Positions 27,372 to 39,607 of a DNA stretch of 64,000 nt are shown here, piece by piece. The stretch covers positions 308,290 to 372,289 of the forward strand of contig CAKAIO010000004.1 in assembly GCA_916439305.1 (NCBI GenBank). Direction: 5' to 3'. Source of the DNA: an uncultured Streptococcus sp. (GTDB lineage: Bacteria; Bacillota; Bacilli; Lactobacillales; Streptococcaceae). Each line of letters begins with the position of its first letter. Within the stretch, counting starts at the first letter, position 1. Below the pieces are notes generated by a model, which ran no database searches, had not been told where the DNA came from, and saw nothing but the letters and a program-made list of their open reading frames with translations. The position numbers and the translations under genes are program-made.

Positions 27372-30300
27372 ATGATTGCCCAATTAGATACAAAAACTGT
27401 ATATAGCTTTATGGAGAGCATGGTTTCAATTAAGAGATATGTCTGCCAAGGGAAGGAATATGGCTATTCATCACTTGGAATCATGGATGAAGACAATCTC
27501 TACGGGGCCTATTACTTTATCAAAGAATGCCAGAAACAGGAGATTCAGCCTTTATTAGGTCTTGAGATGACTGTTCATCATCAAGATGAATGGATCAATC
27601 TACGTTTTCTAGCCCTGTCAAATCGAGGTTATCAAAACCTGATGAAGCTGTCGTCTTTAAAGATGACAGGTAAAAAAGAATGGACTGATTTTTCTTCTTA
27701 CCTAGAGGATATTTGTGTTATTGTTCCCTATTATCCTGAGATTGCTGGCTTGGATTTAGGACACGATTACTATATCGGGGTTTATCCAGATACACCTCAA
27801 TCCAATTTTTCTCAACCAATTCTCCCTCTTTATCGTGTTAACTCTTTTGAAGCTGAGGATTTAGAGACTCTTCAAATGCTAAAGGCGATCAAGGAAAATG
27901 TGACCTTACGAGAGATTGATGTCCAATCTCAACAGGGTTTATTTTTACCAGCTGATCGTCTAGAACAGGCTTTTCTTGAAAAATTCCCAATCGCTCTGGA
28001 AAATCTTGCAAAATTGACCAAGGATACTTCCTACGAGATTGATAGTAGTCTCAAACTTCCACGTTTTAATCCAGAGAGACCTGCTGTTGAAGAACTCCGG
28101 GAACGAGCTATTCAGGGTCTGAAGCAGAAAGGGTTATGGAATCAAGATTATCAGGCTCGTTTAGAAGAAGAACTATCTGTGATTCATGATATGGGATTCG
28201 ATGACTATTTCTTGGTTGTCTGGGACCTCTTACGTTTTGGTCGGTCTCAGGGTTATTATATGGGTATGGGACGTGGATCTGCGGTTGGAAGTCTAGTGGC
28301 CTATGCCTTAGATATCACTGGTATTGACCCTGTGGCTAAGAATCTCATCTTTGAGCGTTTCTTGAATCGTGAACGTTACACCATGCCAGATATTGATATT
28401 GATATTCCTGATATCTATCGACCTGAGTTTATTCGTTATGTTCGAGATCGTTATGGTAGTATCCATGCTGCTCAGATTGTCACTTACTCGACCTTTGGTG
28501 CCAAGCAAGCTATCCGTGATATTTTTAAACGGTACGGTGTCCCTGAATATGAGTTGACGGCCATTACCAAAAAGATAGGAACCAAAGATACCTTAACATC
28601 GGCCTATGAAGGCAATCTAGGTTTTAGACAACTGATTCAAAGTAAAATGGAGTACCAAAAGGCTTTTGAAATTGCCAAAAAGATAGAAGGCTATCCTCGA
28701 CAAACGTCCATCCACGCTGCTGGAGTTGTAATCAGTGATAAAAACCTAACAGATTATATCCCTCTTAAGTATGGTGAGGACATGCTGATTACCCAGTATG
28801 ATGCGCATGGAGTTGAAGGAAATGGCTTGCTCAAGATGGACTTCTTGGGTCTTCGAAACCTAACCTTCGCTCAAAAAATGCAGGAGCTCTTATATGAAAC
28901 TCAAGGAATTCAGCTAAGAATTGAGGATATAGACCTTGAGGATAAAGAAACTTTAGCCCTCTTTGCAGCTGGCAAAACTAAGGGAATCTTTCAGTTTGAA
29001 CAACCTGGTGCCATTCGCTTATTGAAGCGCGTGAAACCAGAAAGCTTTGAAGAAGTAGTGGCAACGACTTCCCTCAACAGACCGGGGGCGAGTGACTATA
29101 TCGATAACTTTGTGGCTCGAAAACATGGTAAAGAAAGGGTAACAGTTCTGGACCCAGTTTTGGAAGATATTCTGGCTCCAACTTATGGTATTATGCTTTA
29201 CCAAGAACAGGTGATGCAAGTAGCTCAGCGATATGCTGGTTTTAGCCTTGGGAAGGCCGATATTTTACGTCGTGCCATGGGGAAAAAGAACGCAGCTGAG
29301 ATGCACCGAATGGAAGAAAGTTTCATCCAAGGTGCACTCGAAAAAGGGCATGGACAAGAACAGGCAAAAGAAGTCTTTGCTGTAATGGAGAAATTTGCCG
29401 GTTATGGTTTTAACCGTTCGCATGCATATGCTTATGCTGCCTTAGCTTTTCAGCTTGCCTACTTTAAGACACATTTTCCAGCCATTTTTTATCAGGTCAT
29501 GCTCAATTATGCGAGTGGAGATTATATTCTCGATGCGCTTGAAATGGGCTTTGTACTGACTCCGCTTTCGATTAATACGGTTCCATATCAGGATAAATTA
29601 ACGGATAAGACGGTTTATTTGGGACTTAAGAGTATTAAGGGAATGCCTCGTGATTTTGCTTATTGGATTATCGAGAATCGTCCTTTTAGTAGTGTAGAAG
29701 ATTTTGTCACACGACTCCCCAAAAATTATCAGAAGCTTAGCCTCCTAACTCCATTAGTAGAAGTTGGACTTTTTGATGGTTTTGATAAAAATCGTCAAAA
29801 AATATTAACCAATCTACCAACTCTCTTTATCTTTGTAGAAGAATTAGGTAGCCTCTTTGCAGATTCTAGCTATAGTTGGACAGATACGGAGGACTTTTCA
29901 AATATTGAAAAATTCCAAAAAGAGCAGGATTGGTTAGGTGTTGGAATTAGCCTACACCCATTGCTGGTTTTAGCGAAGAACCCTTTGTATCCAATCGTGA
30001 GTTTATCTGAGCTTTTCGAGGGACAGACAGCTACAGTGCTCGTTGAGATTCAGTCTATCCTAGTGATTCGAACTAAAAAAGGTGAAAACATGGCCTTTTT
30101 GAAAGTTACTGATAGTAAAACAAGTCTTGAGATCACTGTTTTTTCTGAACAGTACCGCCAATTTAAAAATCTCTTGCACGAAGGAAGTTTCTATTACCTA
30201 AATGGGAAAGTTCAGGCTAGGGACGGACGTCTTCAATTAGTTTTAAATAATTTAAAAGAGGCAGTGAGTGAGCGTTTTTGGATTCAAGTTTCCAATCATG

Positions 30301-30473
30301 ACCACGATGCTGAAATTTATCATATTTTAGAGCAATACAAGGGACAAATTCCTGTTGTCATCCGTTATGAAAATGAACAAAAAAATGTTCTTTTGCCTGG
30401 TTATTTAGTTGCAAAAGACGCTGGCTTACAAGAATCTTTAAGTCAAATGACAATGAAAACGATTTATCGTTAA
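27372..30473 (+). CDS. dnaE: DNA polymerase III alpha subunit
   Basis: PHP domain, GRGSAVGSLVAY, PDIDID, KMDFLGL, YGFNRSH. Confidence 0.97.
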   Translation: MIAQLDTKTVYSFMESMVSIKRYVCQGKEYGYSSLGIMDEDNLYGAYYFIKECQKQEIQPLLGLEMTVHHQDEWINLRFLALSNRGYQNLMKLSSLKMTGKKEWTDFSSYLEDICVIVPYYPEIAGLDLGHDYYIGVYPDTPQSNFSQPILPLYRVNSFEAEDLETLQMLKAIKENVTLREIDVQSQQGLFLPADRLEQAFLEKFPIALENLAKLTKDTSYEIDSSLKLPRFNPERPAVEELRERAIQGLKQKGLWNQDYQARLEEELSVIHDMGFDDYFLVVWDLLRFGRSQGYYMGMGRGSAVGSLVAYALDITGIDPVAKNLIFERFLNRERYTMPDIDIDIPDIYRPEFIRYVRDRYGSIHAAQIVTYSTFGAKQAIRDIFKRYGVPEYELTAITKKIGTKDTLTSAYEGNLGFRQLIQSKMEYQKAFEIAKKIEGYPRQTSIHAAGVVISDKNLTDYIPLKYGEDMLITQYDAHGVEGNGLLKMDFLGLRNLTFAQKMQELLYETQGIQLRIEDIDLEDKETLALFAAGKTKGIFQFEQPGAIRLLKRVKPESFEEVVATTSLNRPGASDYIDNFVARKHGKERVTVLDPVLEDILAPTYGIMLYQEQVMQVAQRYAGFSLGKADILRRAMGKKNAAEMHRMEESFIQGALEKGHGQEQAKEVFAVMEKFAGYGFNRSHAYAYAALAFQLAYFKTHFPAIFYQVMLNYASGDYILDALEMGFVLTPLSINTVPYQDKLTDKTVYLGLKSIKGMPRDFAYWIIENRPFSSVEDFVTRLPKNYQKLSLLTPLVEVGLFDGFDKNRQKILTNLPTLFIFVEELGSLFADSSYSWTDTEDFSNIEKFQKEQDWLGVGISLHPLLVLAKNPLYPIVSLSELFEGQTATVLVEIQSILVIRTKKGENMAFLKVTDSKTSLEITVFSEQYRQFKNLLHEGSFYYLNGKVQARDGRLQLVLNNLKEAVSERFWIQVSNHDHDAEIYHILEQYKGQIPVVIRYENEQKNVLLPGYLVAKDAGLQESLSQMTMKTIYR

Positions 30474-30533
30474 AAATCAATGAAAATAAAAGAATTTTAA
30501 CTTTAAATATGGTATAATCAGTTAGAATGTTAA

Positions 30534-31562
<1,029 letters not shown>

Positions 31563-31627
31563 TCAACTTTAACTAATCTGGTAAAATGACCATAAAAGGT
31601 CGAATTATATAAAGGAGTCACAAAATC

Positions 31628-33133
31628 ATGAACAAACGTGTAAAAATCGTTGCAACTTTGGGTCCTGCGGTAGAAATCCGTGGTGGAAAAAAATTCGGTG
31701 AAGATGGATACTGGGGTGAAAAACTTGACGTTGAAGCTTCAGCTAAAAACATTGCTCAATTGATTGAAGCAGGAGCTAACACTTTCCGTTTCAACTTCTC
31801 ACACGGTGACCACCAAGAACAAGGTGAACGTATGGCAACTGTTAAACTTGCAGAAAAACTTGCAGGTAAAAAAGTTGGTTTCCTTCTTGATACTAAAGGA
31901 CCAGAAATTCGTACTGAATTGTTCGAAGGTGAAGCTAAAGAGTATTCATACAAAACTGGTGAAAAAATCCGTGTTGCAACTAAACAAGGAATCAAATCAA
32001 CTCGTGAAGTGATTGCTTTGAACGTTGCTGGTGCTCTTGACATCTATGATGACGTTGAAGTTGGTCGTCAAGTATTGGTTGACGATGGTAAACTTGGTCT
32101 TCGCGTTGTAGAAAAAGATGATGCAACTCGTGAATTTGTCGTTGAAGTTGAAAACGACGGTGTGATCGCTAAACAAAAAGGTGTGAACATCCCTAACACT
32201 AAAATTCCTTTCCCAGCTCTTGCTGAACGTGATAACGACGATATTCGTTTCGGTTTGGAACAAGGTATCAACTTCATCGCGATCTCATTCGTACGTACTG
32301 CAAAAGACGTAAACGAAGTTCGTGCAATCTGTGAAGAAACTGGTAACGGTCACGTTCAATTGTTCGCTAAGATCGAAAACCAACAAGGTATCGATAACTT
32401 GGACGAAATCATTGAAGCTGCTGATGGTATCATGATTGCTCGTGGTGACATGGGTATCGAAGTACCATTCGAAATGGTTCCAGTTTATCAAAAAATGATC
32501 ATCACTAAAGTGAACGCTGCTGGTAAAGTTGTTATCACTGCAACAAACATGCTTGAAACAATGACTGAAAAACCACGTGCAACTCGTTCAGAAGTATCAG
32601 ACGTATTTAACGCTGTTATCGATGGAACTGACGCTACTATGCTTTCAGGTGAGTCTGCAAACGGTAAATACCCACTTGAGTCAGTAACAACAATGGCTAC
32701 AATTGACAAGAACGCACAAACTCTTCTTAACGAATACGGACGTTTGAACTCAGATACTTTCGAACGTAACTCTAAGACAGAAGTTATGGCTTCAGCTGTT
32801 AAAGACGCTACTAACTCAATGAATATCAAATTGGTTGTAACTCTTACTAAGACTGGTCACACAGCACGTTTGATCTCTAAATACCGTCCAAATGCTGATA
32901 TCTTGGCATTGACATTTGACGAATTGACAGAACGTGGATTGATGTTGAACTGGGGTGTTATCCCAATGTTGACAGAAGCTCCATCATCAACTGATGACAT
33001 GTTTGAAATTGCTGAACGTAAAGCAGTTGAAGCAGGTCTTGTACAATCTGGTGACGATATTGTTATCGTTGCAGGTGTGCCACTTGGTGAAGCAGTTCGT
33101 ACAAACACAATGCGTATCCGCACTGTACGTTAA
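31628..33133 (+). CDS. pyk: Pyruvate kinase
   Basis: KIVATLGP, RFNFSHG, DTKGPEIRT, MIARGDMG, MLSGESA. Confidence 0.98.
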   Translation: MNKRVKIVATLGPAVEIRGGKKFGEDGYWGEKLDVEASAKNIAQLIEAGANTFRFNFSHGDHQEQGERMATVKLAEKLAGKKVGFLLDTKGPEIRTELFEGEAKEYSYKTGEKIRVATKQGIKSTREVIALNVAGALDIYDDVEVGRQVLVDDGKLGLRVVEKDDATREFVVEVENDGVIAKQKGVNIPNTKIPFPALAERDNDDIRFGLEQGINFIAISFVRTAKDVNEVRAICEETGNGHVQLFAKIENQQGIDNLDEIIEAADGIMIARGDMGIEVPFEMVPVYQKMIITKVNAAGKVVITATNMLETMTEKPRATRSEVSDVFNAVIDGTDATMLSGESANGKYPLESVTTMATIDKNAQTLLNEYGRLNSDTFERNSKTEVMASAVKDATNSMNIKLVVTLTKTGHTARLISKYRPNADILALTFDELTERGLMLNWGVIPMLTEAPSSTDDMFEIAERKAVEAGLVQSGDDIVIVAGVPLGEAVRTNTMRIRTVR

Positions 33134-33145
33134 TCAAAAAAATAA

Positions 33146-33191
33146 AAACCTATCACATCAGGCTTTCGAGCTTGGGTGATAGGCTTTTTTT
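33146..33191 (+). terminator. pyk intrinsic terminator
   Basis: CCTATCAC...GTGATAGG stem followed by a T-tract. Confidence 0.75.
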
Positions 33192-33221
33192 GTTGTGGAA
33201 TATAAAAGAATTTTTCAAAAT

Positions 33222-33361
33222 AAAAAACTTTCTGGAAAACCAGAAAGCATGAGAGGCATCTCCATGTGAGAAACCGGTTCACACAATTTCTCAAGGTCCG
33301 CTCCTGCGTTAATGACCTCCTTTGCGCAATTGTAGCTCTCGCTACATATCGACTCATCGCA
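33222..33361 (-). ncRNA. Small RNA, probably asd-motif/MarS family
   Basis: Own promoter TTGACA-N17-TAAAAT (33396-33368) and terminator CTTTCTGG/CCAGAAAG plus U-tract. Core TGCGATGAGTCGAT...GAGGTCATTAACGCAGGAGCGGACCTTG recalls the streptococcal asd/MarS RNA. Confidence 0.65.
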
Positions 33362-33432
33362 GATTTTATTTTACTATAGGGGCAATACTTTGTCAAGAAA
33401 AAACAGTTCCTAAAAAAGGAACTGATAAATGA

Positions 33433-33505
33433 TGCTAATTGCCGGGATCGAACCGGCGACCTCATCCTTACCATGGATGCGCTCTGCCTACTGAGCTAAA
33501 TCAGC
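33433..33505 (-). tRNA. tRNA-Thr (GGT)
   Basis: Cloverleaf GCTGATTTAGCTCAG...GGTTCGATCCC; anticodon arm CATCC-ATGGTAA-GGATG. Confidence 0.95.
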
Positions 33506-33612
33506 TTACCTAGAAAGTATACTATAGATTTAGGCTTTTGTCAATATGTTGAAGAGTATCTTAACTCATTGAAAAAAGCCCAAGTAATCAACTTAGGCTT
33601 GTGAAGATTAGA

Positions 33613-34362
33613 CTATTGTAATTGCTCTCTCTTTTTATCGGGATTCCAAACAAAACTTGCTACAAAGGTAAAGAGAATTGTTAGAATTCCAATAATAATT
33701 GCTAGAATCAAGGCAGGGATACGGATGAACCACCACAGTGGGTTAGGTTTTTTATTGTTGTGCCACTGTTTTGTTTCTTCATCTAAACGTTGAAATTCAG
33801 ATTGGATACGGTCTGCAACCATCTCAATTCCTTCATCATTCATCTTTTTAATATCAGAGATATCAATCGGATTTCCGAAGTTCATATCAATACGTTCACG
33901 GCTGATGAGTCCTTTTAATGTCATAGGACCAGTATAGGTAACAGGCATGATGCGAACCTTGGCCATCTTTGCAATGAGGGCTACACCACCCTTAACATCA
34001 TTGGAATGACGGCTACCACTAGGAAACATGATCAGTGAGCGATTGCTCTTTTTAAGAACATTAATTGGATATTTGATAGCAGAAGAACCTGGGTTATCAC
34101 GGTCAATAGGGAAAGCACCACACATGCGAATCCACCAACCAAAGATGCGATTTGAAAAGAGTTCTTTTTTGGCCATAAAGACAAATTGCTTTGGTTTTGT
34201 TGCAAAGGCCATATAGACTGGATCCCACCAGGTACGGTGTGGCGCAACAAGGATATAGTTTTCATCTAAACTTGGAATTTTTTCAGTATTGTGAAAGTGA
34301 GCATTTCCATTGATCGACCATAAAATCAACATAACCAGCCCACGCAGATAAGTGTAAAACAT
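33613..34362 (-). CDS. plsC: 1-acyl-sn-glycerol-3-phosphate acyltransferase
   Basis: HRTWWD (HX4D), FMAKKELF, FPIDR, FPSGSR. Confidence 0.9.
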   Translation of the reverse strand: MFYTYLRGLVMLILWSINGNAHFHNTEKIPSLDENYILVAPHRTWWDPVYMAFATKPKQFVFMAKKELFSNRIFGWWIRMCGAFPIDRDNPGSSAIKYPINVLKKSNRSLIMFPSGSRHSNDVKGGVALIAKMAKVRIMPVTYTGPMTLKGLISRERIDMNFGNPIDISDIKKMNDEGIEMVADRIQSEFQRLDEETKQWHNNKKPNPLWWFIRIPALILAIIIGILTILFTFVASFVWNPDKKREQLQ

Positions 34363-34493
34363 GATGTCTCCTTCAGTTTTCTTTCTTTTATTATACCTTA
34401 TCATACTAGGACAGGCAAATGTTTTTTGTATAGTTGGAAAAGCTTTTTATTTGAAATTAGAATTATTCAAAAAAAAATGATATGATAGAATTT

Positions 34494-36830
34494 ATGGATA
34501 AAAATAAAATGTTGGGATTAAACCAATCAGAAGTAAAAGAACGTCAGAAACAGGGACAGGTCAATGATTTCAAAGCTTCAGCTAGTACGAGTACATGGCA
34601 GATTGTGAAGAGAAATGTCTTTACTTTATTCAATGCTTTAAACTTTGCCATTGCCTTAGCGCTCGCTTTTGTTCAAGCATGGAGCAACTTGGTCTTCTTT
34701 GCGGTTATTTGTTTTAATGCTTTTTCAGGAATTGTAACTGAATTACGTGCCAAGCATATGGTTGATAAACTCAACCTCTTGAATAAAGAAAAGATTACGA
34801 CTATTCGTGATGGACAAGAGATTGCTTTGGACCCTGAAGAGCTTGTTTTGGATGATGTGATTCGCTTGTCTGCTGGGGATCAGATTCCAAGTGATGCGAT
34901 TGTGTTAGAAGGCTTTGCTGAAGTCAATGAGGCCATGTTAACAGGTGAGAGTGACTTGGTACAAAAAGAAGTAGAAGACTTGATGCTGTCAGGAAGCTTT
35001 CTTGCAAGTGGGTCTGTCTTAGCACAGGTTCATCATGTTGGAGCAGACAACTATGCTGCTAAACTCATGCTTGAAGCTAAGACCGTTAAACCAATCAATT
35101 CCCGTATCATGAAATCACTTGATCAACTTGCAGGCTTTACTGGGAAAATCATCATTCCATTTGGAATTGCCCTCTTGCTTGAAGCTTTGATCTTAAAAGG
35201 TCTGCCACTCAAGTCTTCTGTAGTCAATTCATCCACAGCTCTTTTGGGGATGTTGCCTAAAGGTATAGCCCTTTTGACCATCACCTCTCTCTTAACTGCT
35301 GTTATCAAGCTTGGATTGAAAAAGGTTTTGGTGCAGGAGATGTATTCTGTTGAGACCTTGGCACGTGTGGATATGCTCTGCTTGGATAAGACAGGGACAA
35401 TCACCCAAGGGAAGATGCAGGTTGAGACGGTCCTTCCTCTTACGCAAGCTTACGACAAAGATGCCATTGCCAAAATACTAACCAGCTATATGGCACACAG
35501 TGAGGATAAAAATCCAACTGCCCAAGCTATTCGAAAGCGTTTTGCGGGAGAGGTAGCTTATCCGATGATTTCTAGTCTTCCATTTTCAAGTGATCGAAAA
35601 TGGGGAGCAATGGAGTTGGAAGGTCTAGGAACTGTTTTCCTAGGCGCACCGGAGATGTTGTTGGATGCTGAAGTTCCTGAAGCTAGAGGAGCTCTTGAAC
35701 GAGGATCTCGTGTCTTGGTGTTAGCGCTCAGTCAAGAAAAACTTGACCATCACAAGCCACAAAAGCCATCTGATATTCAGGCTTTGGCTTTACTTGAGAT
35801 TCTAGATCCGATTCGAGAAGGTGCTGCTGAGACGCTAGACTATCTTCGTTCTCAGGAAGTAGGGCTGAAAATTATCTCTGGTGATAATCCAGTCACTGTT
35901 TCAAGTATTGCTCAAAAAGCCGGTTTTGCAGACTATCAGAGCTATGTAGATTGTTCGAAAATTAATGATGAAGAATTGATAGCCATGGCTGAAGAAACAG
36001 CGATTTTTGGACGTGTCTCTCCTCATCAAAAGAAACTAATCATCCAAACTCTGAAAAAAGCAGGACATACTACAGCAATGACAGGGGATGGTGTCAATGA
36101 TATTCTAGCTCTCCGTGAGGCAGACTGTTCCATTGTTATGGCTGAAGGAGACCCAGCAACTCGTCAGATTGCAAATCTGGTCCTCTTGAATTCAGATTTC
36201 AATGATGTTCCTGAGATTCTCTTCGAAGGTCGTCGTGTGGTCAACAATATTGCCCACATTGCTCCGATTTTCTTGATTAAGACAATCTATTCCTTTTTGC
36301 TAGCAGTTATCTGTATTGCCAGTGCTTTGTTGGGACGTACTGAATGGATTTTGATTTTCCCATTCATTCCGATTCAGATAACTATGATTGACCAGTTTGT
36401 AGAAGGATTCCCACCGTTTGTATTAACTTTTGAACGAAATATCAAACCTGTGGAACAAAACTTCCTCAGAAAATCCATGCTTCGAGCTTTACCAAGTGCC
36501 TTGATGGTAGTTTTTAGTGTTCTCTTTGTTAAAATTTTTGGAACCAGTCAAGGCTGGACCGACATTGAAATTTCGACACTTTTGTATTATCTATTGGCAT
36601 CGATTGGTTTCATGTCTGTCGTTAGAGCTTGCTTGCCATTTAGCTTGTGGCGTGTGCTATTGATTATTTGGTCAGTTGGAGGTTTCCTTGGAACAGCTCT
36701 ATTCCCAAGAATCCAAAAATTGCTTGAAATTTCAACACTTACAGGTCAAACATTGCCTATCTATGGCATTATGATGCTCGTCTTTATTGTGATTTTCATA
36801 CTGACAAGTCGTTATCAAGTTAAAAGATAA
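34494..36830 (+). CDS. Cation-translocating P-type ATPase
   Basis: TGES, DKTGT, SGDN, TGDGVND motifs. Confidence 0.93.
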   Translation: MDKNKMLGLNQSEVKERQKQGQVNDFKASASTSTWQIVKRNVFTLFNALNFAIALALAFVQAWSNLVFFAVICFNAFSGIVTELRAKHMVDKLNLLNKEKITTIRDGQEIALDPEELVLDDVIRLSAGDQIPSDAIVLEGFAEVNEAMLTGESDLVQKEVEDLMLSGSFLASGSVLAQVHHVGADNYAAKLMLEAKTVKPINSRIMKSLDQLAGFTGKIIIPFGIALLLEALILKGLPLKSSVVNSSTALLGMLPKGIALLTITSLLTAVIKLGLKKVLVQEMYSVETLARVDMLCLDKTGTITQGKMQVETVLPLTQAYDKDAIAKILTSYMAHSEDKNPTAQAIRKRFAGEVAYPMISSLPFSSDRKWGAMELEGLGTVFLGAPEMLLDAEVPEARGALERGSRVLVLALSQEKLDHHKPQKPSDIQALALLEILDPIREGAAETLDYLRSQEVGLKIISGDNPVTVSSIAQKAGFADYQSYVDCSKINDEELIAMAEETAIFGRVSPHQKKLIIQTLKKAGHTTAMTGDGVNDILALREADCSIVMAEGDPATRQIANLVLLNSDFNDVPEILFEGRRVVNNIAHIAPIFLIKTIYSFLLAVICIASALLGRTEWILIFPFIPIQITMIDQFVEGFPPFVLTFERNIKPVEQNFLRKSMLRALPSALMVVFSVLFVKIFGTSQGWTDIEISTLLYYLLASIGFMSVVRACLPFSLWRVLLIIWSVGGFLGTALFPRIQKLLEISTLTGQTLPIYGIMMLVFIVIFILTSRYQVKR

Positions 36831-36931
36831 AGAAAGACTGCAATCCATGATTGCGGTCTTTTTTAGGTGCAGGATTGCCAGATAAAATATGGTATAATAA
36901 AGGGAAATAGAGTTTTTGAAAGTGAGAGAAG

Positions 36932-37609
36932 ATGATTTCAAAGAGATTAGAAACAGTAGCTTCTTTTGTTCCCCAAGGAGCTGCTTTTGCTGGACGTCGG
37001 TAGCGACCATGCTTATTTACCTATTGAATTAGTTGAAAAAGGTCATATTGAAGTTGCCATCGCGGGTGAAGTTGTAGAGGGGCCCTATCAATCTGCAGTT
37101 AGAAATGTTGAAAGTCATGGCTTAACTGAGAAAATTCAGGTTCGTTTAGCCAATGGTTTAGCAGCTTTCGAAGAAAGTGACCAGGTCTCTGTTATCACTA
37201 TTGCAGGAATGGGTGGTCGTTTGATTGCTACGATATTAGAAGAGGGTTTGGACAAACTAGCCAATGTTGAGCGTTTGATTCTTCAACCTAATAATCGTGA
37301 AGATGAGTTGCGCTCTTGGTTACAAGAGCATGGATTTCAGATTGTAGCTGAAAGTATTTAGAGGAAGCTGGAAAATTTTACGAGATTCTAGTAGTGGAAG
37401 CTGGGAAAATGAATTTATCAGCTAGCGATATCCGTTTTGGTCCTTTTCTATCTAAAGAACTTAGCCCCGTATTTGTCCAAAAGTGGCAAAGAGAAGCAAG
37501 TAAGCTTGAATTTGCGCTTAGTCAAATCCCAGAAAAAAATCATGAAGAACGTCAAGTTTTAGTAGATAAAATTCAAGCCATCAAGGAGGTGCTCCATGAA
37601 AGCAAGTGA
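36932..37609 (+). CDS. trmK: tRNA (adenine22-N1)-methyltransferase; frameshifts near 36975 and 37358
   Basis: [32 protein letters not shown]. Confidence 0.9.
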
Positions 37610-38393
37610 AGTGATTAAGCGTTATGAAACCTATTGTCCTCAAGAATTTTCTATGGAAGGCGATAATCGTGGACTGCAGATTGGAACTTTAGACAAGGAC
37701 ATCCAAAAAGTCATGGTTGCCCTTGATATACGTGAAGATACAGTGGAAGAAGCTATTGAAAAGGGTGTAGATTTGATTATCGTCAAGCACGCGCCCATTT
37801 TCCGTCCAATCAAGGACCTGGTAGCCAGTCGCCCCCAAAATCAGATTTATATCGACCTCATCAAGCACGACATTGCAGTTTACGTCAGCCATACCAATAT
37901 TGATATCGTTGAGAATGGATTAAATGACTGGTTCTGCCAACTATTGGATATTAAGGATACAACTTATCTGCAGGAAACAGGTCCTGAACGTGGTATCGGG
38001 CGTATTGGCAATATTAAACCTCAAACGTTTGAAGAATTTGCTAGTCATGTTAAGGAAGTATTTGGTCTAGATAGTCTTCGTATGGTGTATTATAAAGAGA
38101 CTGATTTGAAAAAAACAATCTCAAGAGTAGCTATTTGTGGTGGCAGTGGGCAGTCTTTCTACTCTGATGCTTTAGCAAAAGGAGCTCATGTCTACATTAC
38201 TGGTGACATCTATTACCACACTGCCCAAGATATATTGTCAGACGGCTTGTTGGCTCTGGATCCAGGCCACTATATTGAAGTTCTCTTTGTTGAAAAAATT
38301 GCAGCGTTCCTGAACGAATGGAAGGAAGAGAATGCTTGGTCTCTAGAGGTTATCGCAAGTCAAGCGTCCACCAATCCATTCCATCATATCTAG
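37596..38393 (+). CDS. Nif3-like dinuclear metal centre protein
   Basis: [30 protein letters not shown]. Confidence 0.9.
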   Translation: MKASEVIKRYETYCPQEFSMEGDNRGLQIGTLDKDIQKVMVALDIREDTVEEAIEKGVDLIIVKHAPIFRPIKDLVASRPQNQIYIDLIKHDIAVYVSHTNIDIVENGLNDWFCQLLDIKDTTYLQETGPERGIGRIGNIKPQTFEEFASHVKEVFGLDSLRMVYYKETDLKKTISRVAICGGSGQSFYSDALAKGAHVYITGDIYYHTAQDILSDGLLALDPGHYIEVLFVEKIAAFLNEWKEENAWSLEVIASQASTNPFHHI

Positions 38394-38409
38394 TTAGAAG
38401 GTAAAGACA

Positions 38410-39504
38410 ATGAAAAAAGTTGCTATTGTAGGGGCAGGAATTGTAGGAGCAACGGCTGCCTACTATCTTTCTAAGGAAGTTGATATCGAAGTAACTGTTT
38501 TTGATTTTGGACATGGGCAAGCTACCAAGGCGGCAGCAGGAATTATTAGTCCCTGGTTTTCTAAACGACGCAATAAGGCTTGGTATAAGATGGCGCGCTT
38601 GGGAGCTGATTTTTATGTAGATTTATTAGCTGACCTAGAAAAATCGGGTCAAAAAGTTGATTTTTACCAAGGTTCTGGTGTCTTTCTTCTTAAAAACGAT
38701 GACTCTAAGCTAGAGGAGCTCTATCAACTGGCTTTGCAACGTAGAGATGAATCTCCCTTGATTGGCGAATTAGCCATTTTAGATCAAGCGACTGCAAGTA
38801 ACCTATTTCCTGGTCTAGAGGGATTTGAACGTTTACTCTATGCTTCTGGTGGAGCTCGAGTAGATGGGCAACTCCTAGTATGTCGTTTACTGGATGCCAG
38901 TCAGGTTAAGGTCGTAAAGAAAGAGGTTAGTCTAACCCCTCTATTATCAGGCTATCAGATAGATAATCAAATGTTTGACCAAGTCATCTTATCCACAGGA
39001 GCTTGGCTTGGCTACATCTTAGAGCCCTTAGGATATGAGGTAGACGTTCGTCCTCAAAAGGGGCAACTCCGAGATTACCAAGTGCCACAAGACATGGGAG
39101 CTTACCCTGTAGTTATGCCGGAAGGTGAGTGGGATTTGATACCATTTCCCGGCGGTAAATTATCTCTAGGAGCTACCCATGAAAATGATATGGGATTTGA
39201 CCTAGCAGTTGATGAGAATTTGCTCCAACAAATGGCTGAAGCAGCAAGTTCGTTTTATCCGAGCTTAAAAGATGCAATGATAAGTGGTGAACGTGTGGGG
39301 ATTCGTGCTTATACGAGTGATTTTTCGCCGTTTTTCGGACAAGTGCCCAACTTGTCAGGAGTATTTGTTGCGAGTGGATTAGGATCGTCAGGATTGACAA
39401 CTGGACCCATTATAGGCTATCACCTAGCCCAAATGCTTCAAGGGGAAAGTGGAGTCTTGGATCCAGCGGATTATCCGACTGAAAGATATATTAAAGAGAA
39501 ATAA
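38410..39504 (+). CDS. FAD-dependent oxidoreductase (DAO/glycine oxidase family)
   Basis: GAGIVG Rossmann motif, ATKAAAG, GLGSSGLT. Confidence 0.88.
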   Translation: MKKVAIVGAGIVGATAAYYLSKEVDIEVTVFDFGHGQATKAAAGIISPWFSKRRNKAWYKMARLGADFYVDLLADLEKSGQKVDFYQGSGVFLLKNDDSKLEELYQLALQRRDESPLIGELAILDQATASNLFPGLEGFERLLYASGGARVDGQLLVCRLLDASQVKVVKKEVSLTPLLSGYQIDNQMFDQVILSTGAWLGYILEPLGYEVDVRPQKGQLRDYQVPQDMGAYPVVMPEGEWDLIPFPGGKLSLGATHENDMGFDLAVDENLLQQMAEAASSFYPSLKDAMISGERVGIRAYTSDFSPFFGQVPNLSGVFVASGLGSSGLTTGPIIGYHLAQMLQGESGVLDPADYPTERYIKEK

Positions 39505-39607
39505 TCGTAAACTTTTTACCTAGTTTTTACGATAGGATTAGGATAGCAAATGACTTTCCTTATCAAAAATGGTAAAATGAAAAAAATAATTCAAGAATAG
39601 AGGAAAA

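Noticed and set aside
33130..33474. 114-aa minus-strand ORF
   Set aside because: It overlaps tRNA-Thr, the sRNA and terminators, and has no RBS or protein-like features.
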